This document shows positions 10,203-20,554 of a stretch of 52,409 bases of DNA, one piece after another. Under the pieces are notes generated by a model. That model saw nothing but the letters and a program-made list of their open reading frames with translations, made no database searches and was not told the DNA's origin. The DNA lies in assembly GCA_043805375.1 (NCBI GenBank), contig JAZDIA010000019.1, positions 1-52,409 of the forward strand, written 5' to 3'. Position numbers and translations under genes: made by a program. How positions within the stretch are numbered: position 1 is the first letter of the stretch; each line of letters begins with the position of its first letter. Source of the stretch: Pseudomonadota bacterium. Lineage in GTDB: Bacteria > Pseudomonadota > Gammaproteobacteria > Burkholderiales > SG8-39.

Positions 10203-11528
10203 ATGGCTACCCCGACTCAAAACATCGGCAAGACCGGCAAATTTGGCGACCTGAAGAAGCGTCTGCTGTTTCTGCTCGGCGCGCTGGTCGTGTTCCGCAT
10301 CGGTGCGCACATTCCGGTGCCCGGAATCGATCCGAACGTGCTGGCCGAGCTGTTCAAGTCGCAGCAGGGCGGGATCCTGGGCATGTTCAACATGTTCTCC
10401 GGCGGCGCCTTGTCGCGCTTCACCATCTTCGCCCTCGGTATCATGCCCTACATCTCGTCCTCGATCATCATGCAGCTGATGACGACGGTGTCGCCGCAGC
10501 TCGAGCAGTTGAAAAAGGAAGGCCAGGCTGGACAGCGCAAAATCACTCAGTACACGCGCTATGGCACCGTGTTCCTGTCACTGTTTCAGGCGGCTGGCAT
10601 TTCCATTGCGCTCGAATCGCAGCCAGGGCTGGTGCTTGAGCCGGGGCTCATGTTCCGCTTCGTCACCGTGAGCACGCTGGTGACCGGTACCATGTTTCTG
10701 ATGTGGCTGGGCGAGCAGATCACCGAGCGCGGCCTGGGCAACGGCATTTCCATCATTATTTTCGCCGGTATCGCCGCCGGTTTGCCCAACGCCATCGGCG
10801 GCACGCTGGAGCTGGTGCGCACCGGCGCGATGCACCCGCTCACAGCGCTGCTGATCGCGGCGGCAGTGGCGCTGGTAACCTGGGCCGTGTGCTTCGTCGA
10901 ACGCGGCCAGCGCAAGATCCTGGTGAACTACGCCAAGCGCCAGGTCGGCAACAAGATCTACGGCGGACAAGCCTCGCATCTTCCGTTCAAGCTCAACATG
11001 GCGGGAGTGATCCCGCCGATTTTCGCATCTAGCATCATCCTGTTCCCGGCGACCTTGGCCAACTGGTTCGGCCAGAGCGAAGGGATGAGCTGGCTGCGCG
11101 ACATCTCCGGCACGCTCTCGCCCGGCCAGCCGATTTACGTCATGCTGTATTCCGGTGCGATCATCTTTTTCTGCTTTTTCTATACCGCGCTGCAATACAA
11201 TCCCAAGGATACCGCCGACAATCTGAAAAAGAGCGGCGCCTTCGTGCCCGGTATCCGTCCGGGCGACCAGACTGCGCGCTACCTGGAGAAAATCCTGACG
11301 CGGTTGACCCTGGCCGGCGCGGTATACGTGACCTTGGTCTGCCTGTTGCCAGAATTCCTGATCCTGAAATGGAACGTGCCATTCTACTTTGGCGGAACTT
11401 CGCTTCTGATTATCGTGGTGGTAACCATGGATTTCATGTCCCAGGTGCAGGCCTACATTATGTCGCATCAGTATGAAAGCCTGCTGAAAAAAGCAAATTT
11501 CAAAGGGGCCGGATTCCCGACGAGATGA
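10203..11528 (+). CDS. secY: Preprotein translocase subunit SecY
   Basis: [17 protein letters not shown]; [16 protein letters not shown]; [10 protein letters not shown]. Confidence 0.99.
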   Translation: MATPTQNIGKTGKFGDLKKRLLFLLGALVVFRIGAHIPVPGIDPNVLAELFKSQQGGILGMFNMFSGGALSRFTIFALGIMPYISSSIIMQLMTTVSPQLEQLKKEGQAGQRKITQYTRYGTVFLSLFQAAGISIALESQPGLVLEPGLMFRFVTVSTLVTGTMFLMWLGEQITERGLGNGISIIIFAGIAAGLPNAIGGTLELVRTGAMHPLTALLIAAAVALVTWAVCFVERGQRKILVNYAKRQVGNKIYGGQASHLPFKLNMAGVIPPIFASSIILFPATLANWFGQSEGMSWLRDISGTLSPGQPIYVMLYSGAIIFFCFFYTALQYNPKDTADNLKKSGAFVPGIRPGDQTARYLEKILTRLTLAGAVYVTLVCLLPEFLILKWNVPFYFGGTSLLIIVVVTMDFMSQVQAYIMSHQYESLLKKANFKGAGFPTR

Positions 11529-11531
11529 GAG

Positions 11532-11555
11532 AACAAGGGGATGCATCCCCTTGTT
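11532..11555. repeat. Perfect 24-bp palindrome in the secY-infA gap
   Basis: AACAAGGGGATGCATCCCCTTGTT equals its own reverse complement. Confidence 0.9.
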
Positions 11556-11594
11556 GATCCAGGGATTCAGAGCGGAGAGCGACACGAAAGGGAT

Positions 11595-11813
11595 ATGGCG
11601 AAAGAAGACGTTATCGAGATGCAGGGGGAGATAGTCGAGAACCTGCCGAATGCGACCTTCAGGGTGAAGCTGGAAAATGGCCACATGGTGTTGGGACATA
11701 TCTCCGGCAAGATGCGCATGCATTACATCCGTATCCTGCCCGGTGACAAGGTGACGCTGGAGTTGACGCCGTATGATTTGACAAGAGCGCGGATCATTTT
11801 CCGCGCGAAGTAG
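11595..11813 (+). CDS. infA: Translation initiation factor IF-1
   Basis: [11 protein letters not shown]...[19 protein letters not shown], 72 aa. Confidence 0.98.
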   Translation: MAKEDVIEMQGEIVENLPNATFRVKLENGHMVLGHISGKMRMHYIRILPGDKVTLELTPYDLTRARIIFRAK

Positions 11814-11862
11814 CCCGGGTGCGGGTATAGCAACGCGGACTAGGGCGCAGCAGGAGAGGACC

Positions 11863-11976
11863 ATGAAAGTACAGGCATCGGTGAAGAAGATGTGCCGCAA
11901 CTGCAAGGTGGTTCGCAGAAAGGGCGTGGTGCGCGTCATTTGCACCAACCCGCGGCATAAACAGCGTCAAGGCTAA
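11863..11976 (+). CDS. rpmJ: 50S ribosomal protein L36 (zinc-ribbon type); not in the ORF track
   Basis: [47 protein letters not shown]. Confidence 0.98.
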   Translation: MKVQASVKKMCRNCKVVRRKGVVRVICTNPRHKQRQG

Positions 11977-11980
11977 CTGG

Positions 11981-12010
11981 TTGGCAGAGAAGATGATATT
12001 AAGCTATCAT
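11981..12010 (+). promoter_or_regulatory. Candidate alpha-operon promoter
   Basis: TTGGCA, 18-bp spacer, TATCAT in the AT-rich gap before rpsM. Confidence 0.4.
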
Positions 12011-12039
12011 AATCAGTTTCGCATTCCTGGAGTGAACTA

Positions 12040-12420
12040 ATGGCCCGCATTGCAGGCGTCAACATTCCAAACCACCAGCACACCGAGATTGCGTTGACCG
12101 CGATCTTCGGCATCGGGCGGGAGCGGGCGCGGGCGATCTGTGCCGCCGCCAAGGTTACCGGATCGGCCAAGATCAAGGACCTGTCGGATTCCGATGTGGA
12201 GCGCTTGCGCGACGAGGTGGCCAAATTCACGGTCGAGGGCGACCTGCGGCGCGAGGTGTCGATGTCGATCAAGCGCCTGATGGATCTGGGCTGCTATCGC
12301 GGTTCGCGCCACCGCAAAGGCTTGCCCGTGCGCGGGCAACGCACACGCACCAACGCGCGCACGCGAAAGGGGCCGCGTAAAGCCGCGATCAAGATGAAAT
12401 CCGTGGCGACCAAGACTTAA
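12040..12420 (+). CDS. rpsM: 30S ribosomal protein S13
   Basis: [10 protein letters not shown]...[18 protein letters not shown]. Confidence 0.99.
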   Translation: MARIAGVNIPNHQHTEIALTAIFGIGRERARAICAAAKVTGSAKIKDLSDSDVERLRDEVAKFTVEGDLRREVSMSIKRLMDLGCYRGSRHRKGLPVRGQRTRTNARTRKGPRKAAIKMKSVATKT

Positions 12421-12455
12421 GCCCCGGATTAACGGATACATAGAGGAAAGCACAA

Positions 12456-12866
12456 ATGGCCAAACCCCCGAGCACTTCCTCCGCCGCAGCGGCGCGTGTG
12501 CGCAAGAAGGTGAAAAAGAACGTTGCCGAAGGCGTCGCGCACATCCATGCGTCGTTCAACAATACCATCATCACCATTACCGACCGCCAGGGCAACGCGC
12601 TATCGTGGGCGACTTCCGGTGCCGCCGGCTTCAAGGGTTCGCGCAAGAGCACGCCGTTCGCCGCCCAGATTGCCGCCGAGCAAGCCGGTAAGGCGGCACA
12701 GGAATGCGGCGTGAAGAACGTCGAGGTGCGCATTAAAGGGCCGGGTCCGGGACGCGAGTCTGCGGTGCGCGCCTTGAACGCCATTGGACTGAAGATCACC
12801 AGTATCAGCGACGTGACGCCGGTACCGCACAACGGTTGCCGCCCGCCCAAGCGTCGCCGGATCTAA
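12456..12866 (+). CDS. rpsK: 30S ribosomal protein S11
   Basis: HASFNNTI...[10 protein letters not shown]...[14 protein letters not shown]. Confidence 0.99.
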   Translation: MAKPPSTSSAAAARVRKKVKKNVAEGVAHIHASFNNTIITITDRQGNALSWATSGAAGFKGSRKSTPFAAQIAAEQAGKAAQECGVKNVEVRIKGPGPGRESAVRALNAIGLKITSISDVTPVPHNGCRPPKRRRI

Positions 12867-12880
12867 GAGGAGACTGGAAC

Positions 12881-13510
12881 GTGGCCCGCAACCTAGACCC
12901 GAAATGCCGCCAGTGCCGCCGCGAGGGCGAGAAATTGTTCGTCAAAGGCGAGAAATGCTTTACCGACAAATGCGCCGTCGAGCGCCGCGCCTATGCGCCG
13001 GGCCAGCATGGCCAGAAGAGCGGCCAGCGCCTGTCCGACTACGGCAAGCAACTGCGCGAGAAACAGAAAATCCGCCGCATCTACGGCATCCTTGAGCGCC
13101 AGTTCCGCGGCATTTATGCCGTCGCTGCGCGCCAGAAGGGGATCACCGGCGAGAGTCTGCTGCAGTTGCTAGAGTCGCGCCTGGACACAGTGTGCTTCCG
13201 CATGGGTTTTGGTGCCTCGCGCAACGAGGCGCGCCAGGTCGTGCGTCACAACGGCATCATGGTAAACGGCAAGCGCGTCAACATACCGTCCTACCAGGTT
13301 CGCACCGGCGACGCCATTGAGGTGGCGGAAAAGGCCAAGAGCCAGCTGCGCATCAAGGGTGCGTCCGAGGCGGCCGCCTCGCGTGGCATTCCCGAGTGGC
13401 TGCAGGTGGATACCACCGCGATGAAGGGCATGTTCAAGGCCAAACCGCAGCGCACCGAGCTGCCTTCGACCATCAACGAGAGCCTGGTAGTCGAACTGTA
13501 CTCGAAGTAA
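12881..13510 (+). CDS. rpsD: 30S ribosomal protein S4 (GTG start)
   Basis: KCRQCRREG...QLREKQK...LESRLD...VVELYSK; RBS GAGGAG. Confidence 0.98.
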   Translation: MARNLDPKCRQCRREGEKLFVKGEKCFTDKCAVERRAYAPGQHGQKSGQRLSDYGKQLREKQKIRRIYGILERQFRGIYAVAARQKGITGESLLQLLESRLDTVCFRMGFGASRNEARQVVRHNGIMVNGKRVNIPSYQVRTGDAIEVAEKAKSQLRIKGASEAAASRGIPEWLQVDTTAMKGMFKAKPQRTELPSTINESLVVELYSK

Positions 13511-13537
13511 TTGTCAAAGCTTCCCAGAGGAACCTCC

Positions 13538-14521
13538 ATGCAAAGCAGTGGATTTCTGAAACCGCGCATCATCGACGTGCAGAACATCGCTCCCAATCAT
13601 GCCAAGGTGGTGATGGAGCCATTTGAGCGTGGCTACGGCCACACGCTGGGCAACGCCCTGCGGCGCGTGCTGCTGTCCTCGATGCCGGGTTTTGCCCCGA
13701 CCGAGGTGCAGATCTCGGGCGTGCTGCACGAATACTCGACCATCGACGGCGTGCAGGAGGACGTAGTCGACATCCTGCTCAACTTGAAGGGCGTGGTGCT
13801 GAAGGTGCACAACCGCACCGAAGTGCTGCTGACGCTAAAGAAGAAGGGCGAGGGTGCGGTGACTGCCGCTGACATCGAGGTTTCGCACGACGTGGAAATC
13901 ATCAATCCAGAGCAAGTCATCGCCCATCTGTCGCCAGGCGGCAAGCTGGAAATGCAGATAAAGGTCGAGCGCGGCCGTGGCTACGAGCCGGGTAACATGC
14001 GCGCGATGTCGGGGGAGACCAAGGGCATAGGCAAGATCATCCTCGATGCTTCGTTCTCGCCGGTGCGTCGCGTCAGCTACGCGGTCGAGTCGGCGCGCGT
14101 GGAACAGCGCACCGATCTCGATAAGTTGATCATGGATATCGAGACCAATGGCGTGGTCGAGCCGGAAGAGGCGATCCGCTACGCCGCGCGCGTCCTGGTG
14201 GACCAGTTGTCGGTGTTTGCGGCCCTCGAAGGCACACCGATCGCAAGCGAGCCGGTCAAGGCGCCGCAGGTCGAACCCATCCTGTTGCGTCCGGTGGACG
14301 ATCTCGAACTCACGGTGCGTTCGGCTAACTGCCTGAAGGCCGAGAACATCTATTACATTGGCGATCTGATTCAGCGCACCGAGACCGAGCTGCTGAAGAC
14401 GCCGAACCTAGGCCGCAAATCGCTCAACGAGATCAAGGAAGTGCTGGCCTCGCGCGGGCTGACCCTGGGCATGAAGCTGCAGAATTGGCCCCCAGCCGGG
14501 CTGGAAATCGCCCACGTATGA
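13538..14521 (+). CDS. rpoA: RNA polymerase subunit alpha
   Basis: [22 protein letters not shown]; [12 protein letters not shown]; [11 protein letters not shown]. Confidence 0.99.
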   Translation: MQSSGFLKPRIIDVQNIAPNHAKVVMEPFERGYGHTLGNALRRVLLSSMPGFAPTEVQISGVLHEYSTIDGVQEDVVDILLNLKGVVLKVHNRTEVLLTLKKKGEGAVTAADIEVSHDVEIINPEQVIAHLSPGGKLEMQIKVERGRGYEPGNMRAMSGETKGIGKIILDASFSPVRRVSYAVESARVEQRTDLDKLIMDIETNGVVEPEEAIRYAARVLVDQLSVFAALEGTPIASEPVKAPQVEPILLRPVDDLELTVRSANCLKAENIYYIGDLIQRTETELLKTPNLGRKSLNEIKEVLASRGLTLGMKLQNWPPAGLEIAHV

Positions 14522-14598
14522 GCCCAGGCCGAGCGTAGATTTCTTGCGCTCAAGCTACATCGCCCTCGGGACGAGGGCAGAACAGAAGAGGCAACAAC

Positions 14599-14997
14599 AT
14601 GCGTCACCGCTCAGGACTGAGAAAGCTTAATCGCACCAGCAGCCACCGCCTCGCGATGCTGCGCAACATGACGAATTCGCTGCTGAAGCACGAGGCGATC
14701 ACGACCACGCTGCCGAAAGCGAAAGCGTTGCGCCGCGTGGTCGAACCGATGATCACGCTGGGCAAGATCGCCACGCTCGCCAACCGCCGCATGGCATTCA
14801 ACCGCCTGCGCGACCGCGATGTGGTAACGAAACTGTTCAACGAACTCGGCCCGCGTTACGCCAAGAGGAATGGCGGCTACCTGCGCATTCTCAAGTACGG
14901 GTTCCGCCAGGGTGACAACGCGCCTATGGCGCTGGTCGAGCTTATGGATCGCCCCGAACCAGCGCCGGAGACCGCTGCGGCGGAAGCCAAGGTTTAG
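14599..14997 (+). CDS. rplQ: 50S ribosomal protein L17
   Basis: [17 protein letters not shown]...[10 protein letters not shown]. Confidence 0.99.
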   Translation: MRHRSGLRKLNRTSSHRLAMLRNMTNSLLKHEAITTTLPKAKALRRVVEPMITLGKIATLANRRMAFNRLRDRDVVTKLFNELGPRYAKRNGGYLRILKYGFRQGDNAPMALVELMDRPEPAPETAAAEAKV

Positions 14998-15017
14998 ACA
15001 ACGTTGTTGTCGGGAAG

Positions 15018-15043
15018 AAGCCGGCCAGCGCGCCGGCTTTTTT
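15018..15043 (+). terminator. Rho-independent terminator ending the alpha operon
   Basis: AAGCCGGC-cagcgc-GCCGGCTT followed by a T run. Confidence 0.88.
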
Positions 15044-15085
15044 GTTTGTTTCTGGCGTGTCCGGATCGGGGGCTACAATGCGCTC

Positions 15086-15817
15086 ATGGCGATCGTGCTG
15101 TTTACCGATTTTGGTTCCGGCGACCTCTATGTCGGCCAGGTAAAGGCTGTACTGCAGCGGCTCGCGCCGGGCATGGCGGTGATCGACTTGCTGCACGACG
15201 CGCCGGCATTCAATGTGCGCGCCAGCGCGCACCTGCTCGCCGCGATGGTCGGGTATTTTGCCGATGACAGCGTGTTTCTGGCCGTAGTCGATCCCGGCGT
15301 CGGCGGGATGCGCAATGCCGTCGTGGTGCAAGCCGACGAGCGCCGGTACGTGGGGCCCGACAACGGGCTGCTTTCGGTAGTCGGTGCGCGCGCGGTCAAG
15401 GGCGACTGCCGGCGCATCGTCTGGCGGCCGGAGCAGCTTTCGGATTCGTTCCACGGACGCGACCTGTTTGCCCCGGTTGCGGCGACGCTGGCCGTGCAAG
15501 GCAGCCTGCCCAAGGGTTGGTTCGAGCGCGCCGGCAGGCTCGAGGTCGAGTTCGGCGCTGACGACCTGCCCGAGATCATCTACGTCGACCATTACGGTAA
15601 CGCCCATAGCGGCATCCGCGCGAGCGGGATTGCGCGCGACGCTGTGCTCGTCGTGGGCGAGCATCGGTTGTCCTATGCGCGGGTCTTTTCAGAAGCGGCC
15701 GCGGGCGAGGTTTTCTGGTACGAAAACGGCCAGGGTCTGGTGGAGATTGCAGTCAACCGCGGCAGTGCAGCGCAGCGGCTGGAATTGAAAATTGGCGGCA
15801 GGCTAGGCTGGGCGTAA
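15086..15817 (+). CDS. SAM hydrolase / SAM-dependent halogenase family (DUF62) protein
   Basis: LFTDFG..D.Y, VVDPGVG, GPDNGL, SFHGRDLFAP, YVDHYGN; TACAAT 6 nt before ATG. Confidence 0.9.
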   Translation: MAIVLFTDFGSGDLYVGQVKAVLQRLAPGMAVIDLLHDAPAFNVRASAHLLAAMVGYFADDSVFLAVVDPGVGGMRNAVVVQADERRYVGPDNGLLSVVGARAVKGDCRRIVWRPEQLSDSFHGRDLFAPVAATLAVQGSLPKGWFERAGRLEVEFGADDLPEIIYVDHYGNAHSGIRASGIARDAVLVVGEHRLSYARVFSEAAAGEVFWYENGQGLVEIAVNRGSAAQRLELKIGGRLGWA

Positions 15818-15872
15818 CCATCGACGTCACAGCCAAAGGCTGTGAATCCACCTCGTTCAATACGAAAAATCC

Positions 15873-17144
15873 TTACAGTATAAGGATCACCCGGAAATCA
15901 TTGACATTGGTCCGGGTCGGGCCGGTCACTATCAGGTCGTTCAAAATCTCGAAAAAGCTGTAACCGTCGTTGTTGGCCAGGAGTTTCTTGGCCGAGCTGC
16001 CGGCCTGGGCGGCGCGCGCGATGGAGTCCGGTGCAAGCACGGCGCCGGCGTTGTCCTCCGTGCCGTCGATGCCGTCGGTATCGCAGGCGAGCGCATAGGT
16101 ATCGGACATGCCCTCCAGTTCCAGCGCTAGCGATAGCAGGAACTCGGCGCAGCGGCCGCCGCGGCCTTTGCCGCGCACGGTGACCGTGCATTCGCCGCCA
16201 GAAATCAGCGCCACCGGCGGCTTGAACGGCTCGCCATGGCGGCGGATCTGGTGCACGAGCGCGGCGTAGACCTTGGCGACTTCGCTCGCTTCGCCGGTGA
16301 CGCTGTCGCCCAGTACCACCGGCGCGATGCCTTTGCCGCGGAAGTAGGCGGCTGCGGCCTGAAGCGAGCCTTGGGCGGTGGCGACGACGCGGTTTTCCAC
16401 GCGAGCGAACAGCTTGTCGCCCGGCTTGGGTGTCTCGGCGATCTCGCCCCGCACGCCCCGCTGCAGATGCGTCATTACCGGCGGCGGTGCCTTGACCTCA
16501 TAGCGCGCGATGATGTCGAGTGCATCCTGATAAGTGCCGGGGTCGGGGGCGCAAGGGCCGGAGCCGATATGCGTGGGGTCGTCGCCGGTAACGTCGGAAA
16601 CGATCAGCGTCAGCACCTGCGCCTTGCACGCAGCGGCTAGCCTGCCACCGTGGATGCTCGAAAGGTGCTTGCGCACCGTGTTTATGTCCTGAATCGGGGC
16701 GCCGCAGCGCAATAGCTCCTTCGTTGTCGCCTTCAGTTCGTCCATGCCGATGCCCTCGGCGGGCAGGCTCATCAAGCTCGATCCGCCGCCCGACACGAGC
16801 ACGAGCAGCAGGTCATCCGCGCCCAGGGTCTTCGCGTGGCGCAGGATTTCCCGCGCCGCTTTTTCGCCGCTCTCGTCGGGAACCGGGTGTCCGGCTTCGA
16901 TCACCTTGATGCGGTTGGTCAGGAGGCCGTGCCGATAGCGCGTGATGACGAGGCCGTCGAGCGGCGAGGCGGCCGGCCAGTGCTGCTCGACTGCGAGCGC
17001 CATTGCGGCGGCGGCCTTGCCCGCTCCGACCACCAGTGTCTTGCCTGCAGGTGGCTGCGGGAAATGTTGCGGCAAAATTTTCAGCGGATCGGCGGCGCCG
17101 ACCGCGGCCTGAAAGCTTTCTATAAGTAGCGTGCGCGCATCCAT
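15873..17144 (-). CDS. Glycerate 2-kinase, MOFRL/TtuD family
   Basis: VVGAGKAA, LVSGGGSSL, ISGGECTV, DTDGIDG, TGPTRTNVND. Confidence 0.92.
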   Translation of the reverse strand: MDARTLLIESFQAAVGAADPLKILPQHFPQPPAGKTLVVGAGKAAAAMALAVEQHWPAASPLDGLVITRYRHGLLTNRIKVIEAGHPVPDESGEKAAREILRHAKTLGADDLLLVLVSGGGSSLMSLPAEGIGMDELKATTKELLRCGAPIQDINTVRKHLSSIHGGRLAAACKAQVLTLIVSDVTGDDPTHIGSGPCAPDPGTYQDALDIIARYEVKAPPPVMTHLQRGVRGEIAETPKPGDKLFARVENRVVATAQGSLQAAAAYFRGKGIAPVVLGDSVTGEASEVAKVYAALVHQIRRHGEPFKPPVALISGGECTVTVRGKGRGGRCAEFLLSLALELEGMSDTYALACDTDGIDGTEDNAGAVLAPDSIARAAQAGSSAKKLLANNDGYSFFEILNDLIVTGPTRTNVNDFRVILIL

Positions 17145-17206
17145 AGTTGACGAAAGATAACAGCTTTTCCGGGCGCCCGCAACACGGCGGCACGCTGGCA
17201 GACAGA

Positions 17207-18055
17207 TCACCGGCTCATCATGTTCATCGCGCCTTTGAACAGGGCGCTATCGGGGTTGGCGAGTTCTTCAACCACCGTGAGATGATTACGGCCGGGCATG
17301 GGAATATCGCCGGCAAAGACATGGCGCCAGTGCCTGGCAATGAGCTTGTTCTGGCGCAAGAACTCGTTCGTCTCTTCGCCGCCGACTGCGGTATAGAACG
17401 GTGCGTTGGTGGTGGGCGGCATAGTCACGGGACTCAGCCTGCGCGCCAGCATCCGGTCCAGATGCAGGTCTTGATTCAAGAACGGCGTCTGGACGAGGGG
17501 CGCGAGGTCGTAGATGCCGCTCACCGCGAGGCCGCCTTTCACCAGGTTGTGGGGCAGCTCGGGCATGTAGGCGTTCCAGCGCGCCGCCAGCATCATCGCC
17601 GTCAGGTGGCCGCCGGCCGAATGTCCCGCCACGTACAGCCTGCGCGGATTGACGCCGTAGCGCGTGCCGTAGTGCCACAGCCAGGCGATGGCGAGCAGGT
17701 TCTGCTTGACGATATCCTCGATTCCGACTTTGGGGCAGAGCCCGTAGTTGGGCAACGCGAGAGCCACGCCGCGGCCGTTGAGAGCGGGAGCGAGATAGGA
17801 GAAATCGCTTTTGTCGAGCGATCTCCAGTAACCGCCGTGGATGAATACCAGCAGCGCCCCGCCATTTCCCGCTGCGGGAAAGATGTCGAGCTTTTCCGCC
17901 GCGCTCTTCCCGTAGGCAATGTCCAGGTGGCAGGGCAGGCGCGCGCGCGCTTCGCGCGAGCGCGTCTTCCAGCGCTCAAAAATTCCGGCGTGGTCGGAAA
18001 TCAGCGCGCGCACGTTGTACTGCCGGTCGTAGTAGGCGTTCATCACGTCTGCCAT
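17207..18055 (-). CDS. Alpha/beta hydrolase, arylformamidase (kynurenine formamidase)-like
   Basis: FIHGGYW oxyanion motif, GHSAGGHL nucleophile elbow, SGIYDL. Confidence 0.85.
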   Translation of the reverse strand: MADVMNAYYDRQYNVRALISDHAGIFERWKTRSREARARLPCHLDIAYGKSAAEKLDIFPAAGNGGALLVFIHGGYWRSLDKSDFSYLAPALNGRGVALALPNYGLCPKVGIEDIVKQNLLAIAWLWHYGTRYGVNPRRLYVAGHSAGGHLTAMMLAARWNAYMPELPHNLVKGGLAVSGIYDLAPLVQTPFLNQDLHLDRMLARRLSPVTMPPTTNAPFYTAVGGEETNEFLRQNKLIARHWRHVFAGDIPMPGRNHLTVVEELANPDSALFKGAMNMMSR

Positions 18056-18165
18056 GGTTTGCTCCTCGAGTACTGCCTCAACTATAACTCGATCCTCCGC
18101 CGCCTGGGCCCGGCGCTGGCATTCCGGCATATCGTTCGGCGCCGGCCCGCGCTAGAATCACGACC

Positions 18166-18386
18166 ATGAGCACCGTGCTGCCCCAGGAAAAAAACGTCCT
18201 CGGCGGGCCGTTGCAGGCCTGCGGTCATGATCCACTAACCGCTTTTTTCCGCGACGGCTGCTGCGCTGGATCGAGGCGTGGGAGGCGGGCATGGCGCAAA
18301 AAGTCATGCTCGAGGCCAAGCACGAAGACCTGCTGCGGCTGGTGCCGCTGCGCGCGTTCAAGCGCCATGCGCTCGATCTGCATTGA
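18166..18386 (+). pseudogene. DUF2237-family gene with internal deletion and frameshift
   Basis: N-terminal KNVLGGPLQACGHDPLTAFFRDGCC is joined out of frame to C-terminal LRWIEAWEAGMAQKVMLEAKHEDLLRLVPL; central ~50 codons absent. Confidence 0.8.
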
Positions 18387-18412
18387 GGGGCCGTGAGTCT
18401 TTCATTTCCGCC

Positions 18413-18958
18413 ATGACGAACGTCCAGCACCCCGTGCATCGCATCGAGCTGCGCCTGCAGGAACTCGGGCAGCTATTCAACTCGATGGACCCGACGCCGT
18501 TCCATCACAAGGATCTGGATCCCGATGCCGAGGAGTTCATCGAAAGCTGGGCACTGGAATTTCCGCAGGACGGCCGCTTTCAGATCACGGTCCTTCTCGG
18601 GCAGATGCCGCCGGAGGATCCCACCGCGCTGGTGGCCGAGGCGATCCACAATTATTTCGACTACAAGTCCGAACTGGCGCGCCGCAAAGTGCGGGTGCTG
18701 CTGCTCGAAGGGCGCACGAGCCTGATGATAGGCGCCGGTGTCCTCGCCTTGTGCCTGCTCGGCGCGGACGTGCTGGCCAGGTTAGCGACCGGGACCTTTC
18801 TCAAGATCCTGCAGGAGAGCCTCACCATCGGCGGCTGGGTCGCGATGTGGCGGCCGATGCAGATTTTTCTGTACGAATGGTGGCCGCTGGTGCGCCGGAG
18901 CCGGATCTACCGCAGCCTGAGTCGCGCGCAGGTGCACGTGTTGCAGGGAAAACCATAG
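18413..18958 (+). CDS. Conserved hypothetical membrane protein
   Basis: QLFNSMDPTPF..KDLDPDAEEFI...GGWVAMWRP..IFLYEWWP; two hydrophobic helices; host-like codon usage. Confidence 0.75.
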   Translation: MTNVQHPVHRIELRLQELGQLFNSMDPTPFHHKDLDPDAEEFIESWALEFPQDGRFQITVLLGQMPPEDPTALVAEAIHNYFDYKSELARRKVRVLLLEGRTSLMIGAGVLALCLLGADVLARLATGTFLKILQESLTIGGWVAMWRPMQIFLYEWWPLVRRSRIYRSLSRAQVHVLQGKP

Positions 18959-19044
18959 TTAGAGGTCCATGATCCGTTCCAGCCGGAAATCTCCGACAGT
19001 GTTGACCGACATGGTCGATTTGCCGGCCGGCGTCATTGTGCGCA

Positions 19045-19152
19045 CAACCGGTCGCGCAACGCGATCTCTTCATGTGCGTCGCGGCTGGCGGTGCGGTGCC
19101 CGCGCACTGGACCGACGAAATCCACGAGGAATGGATGAGCAATGCACGGTGA
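19045..19152 (+). pseudogene. Remnant of a PIN-domain toxin gene
   Basis: Reads QPVAQRDLFMCVAAGGAVPAHWTDEIHEEWMSNAR*, matching the RDL.M...W(T/S)..I..EW segment of a PIN family; no start, early stop. Confidence 0.55.
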
Positions 19153-19382
19153 CTCCAGTGGTGCCTATATCGCGTGAGTGTGCAGGTGCGTATCCAGTTC
19201 ACCCCGGTTGAAGAAGCAGTGGCTTGAGCGTAGCCTGACCGCGCTAGCCCCCGCTCTTGGGGTCTTATAACGCCCCTTCTTGGGGGGTGTGGCGACTTTG
19301 AGTTAGGCTCCAGAACGGTGGCACGCTCGGAAAGCAAAGCGCGAACGTCGTTAGAGAACCATCTTTTTGGAGGAGTAGTCTC

Positions 19383-20495
19383 ATGCCAGACAATGATCGA
19401 TTGATGTTGCAGACCCTTGTGCTGGTTGCCGCAATGACGCTGTGCGGCGCTAGCGCATACGGGGAGAGCGATCTCCAGCCGACGAATGATTTTCCCAATC
19501 CGTACCAAACCATTGCACCGTGGGGAAAACTTCCCGCCGGAAGAACGTGGGGCGCGCTAAACGGCGTCGCCATCGACAGCGATGGCGAATCCGTGTGGGT
19601 GGCAAACCGGTGCGGTGCGAACCCGGACATTCCGCCCGGCGCGTCCCCATTTCTGTACGATAGCTGCGCCGGTTCGGCCGTGCCGCCGGTCCTCAAGTTC
19701 GATGCGTCTGGCAATCTACTGAAAACCTTCGGCGCCGGCATGTTTATTTGGCCGCACAAGATCTACGTCGATCGCGACGGCAACGTGTGGGTGGTCGACG
19801 GACGAGGTGCAAACGAGCGCGAACGCAAGAACCACCCGGCGGAAACCGGCAAAGGCCACACGGTCGTCAAATTCAGTCCGGACGGCAAGGTGCTGCTCAC
19901 GTTCGGGAAGGCAGGCGTGGCTGGAGATCCGCCACATGCCCTGACCGAACCGACCAGCATTGTCGTGGCGCCGAACGGCGACATATTCATCGCGGAAGGG
20001 CATGCCTTTCAGGAGGCCAATGCGCCACCGAATACGGTCTCGCGGATTTCGAAATTTGCCAAAGATGGCAAGTTCATCAAGTCGTTCGGCAAGTTGGGAT
20101 CCGGGCCGACCGAGTTCAGACTGGCGCATGACCTCGCGATGGATGAGCAGGGGCGGCTCTTCGTTGCCGACCGTGGCAACATGCGCATCCAGATTCTCGA
20201 TCAAGACGGATCGTTCATCGCCGAGTGGAAGCAGTTCAGCCGCCCGAGTGGCATTTACATACGCGGTGACATGATCTATGTGGCTGACTCCGAATCCAAC
20301 GGCGTTGCGCCCCACCCGGGATGGAAGAGGGGTATTCGAATTGGAAGCCTCAAAGATGGCCGCGTCCTATACCGTATCCCCGATCCGCTTGAGATGAACG
20401 GAACCAGCGCGGCCGAGGGTGTAGCGGTGGATGCGAAGGGAAATGTGTACGGTGGGGAAGTCGGACCGAGGCAATTGGTAAAACACGTCAAATAG
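19383..20495 (+). CDS. Secreted NHL-repeat beta-propeller protein (peptidyl-alpha-hydroxyglycine lyase-like)
   Basis: Signal-like N-terminus; repeats WPHKIYVDRDGNVWVVD, LFVADRGNMRIQILD; RBS GGAGG. Confidence 0.85.
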   Translation: MPDNDRLMLQTLVLVAAMTLCGASAYGESDLQPTNDFPNPYQTIAPWGKLPAGRTWGALNGVAIDSDGESVWVANRCGANPDIPPGASPFLYDSCAGSAVPPVLKFDASGNLLKTFGAGMFIWPHKIYVDRDGNVWVVDGRGANERERKNHPAETGKGHTVVKFSPDGKVLLTFGKAGVAGDPPHALTEPTSIVVAPNGDIFIAEGHAFQEANAPPNTVSRISKFAKDGKFIKSFGKLGSGPTEFRLAHDLAMDEQGRLFVADRGNMRIQILDQDGSFIAEWKQFSRPSGIYIRGDMIYVADSESNGVAPHPGWKRGIRIGSLKDGRVLYRIPDPLEMNGTSAAEGVAVDAKGNVYGGEVGPRQLVKHVK

Positions 20496-20554
20496 CAGCA
20501 GGCGACGCGTGCGCCGCCGAAGCGAGGCGACGGAGCAATCGTCTCGAATTCAGC

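Noticed and set aside
15086-15817. DUF62 protein as a fluorinase/chlorinase
   Set aside because: Retains the FHGRD motif typical of SAM hydroxide adenosyltransferases and has no halometabolite context
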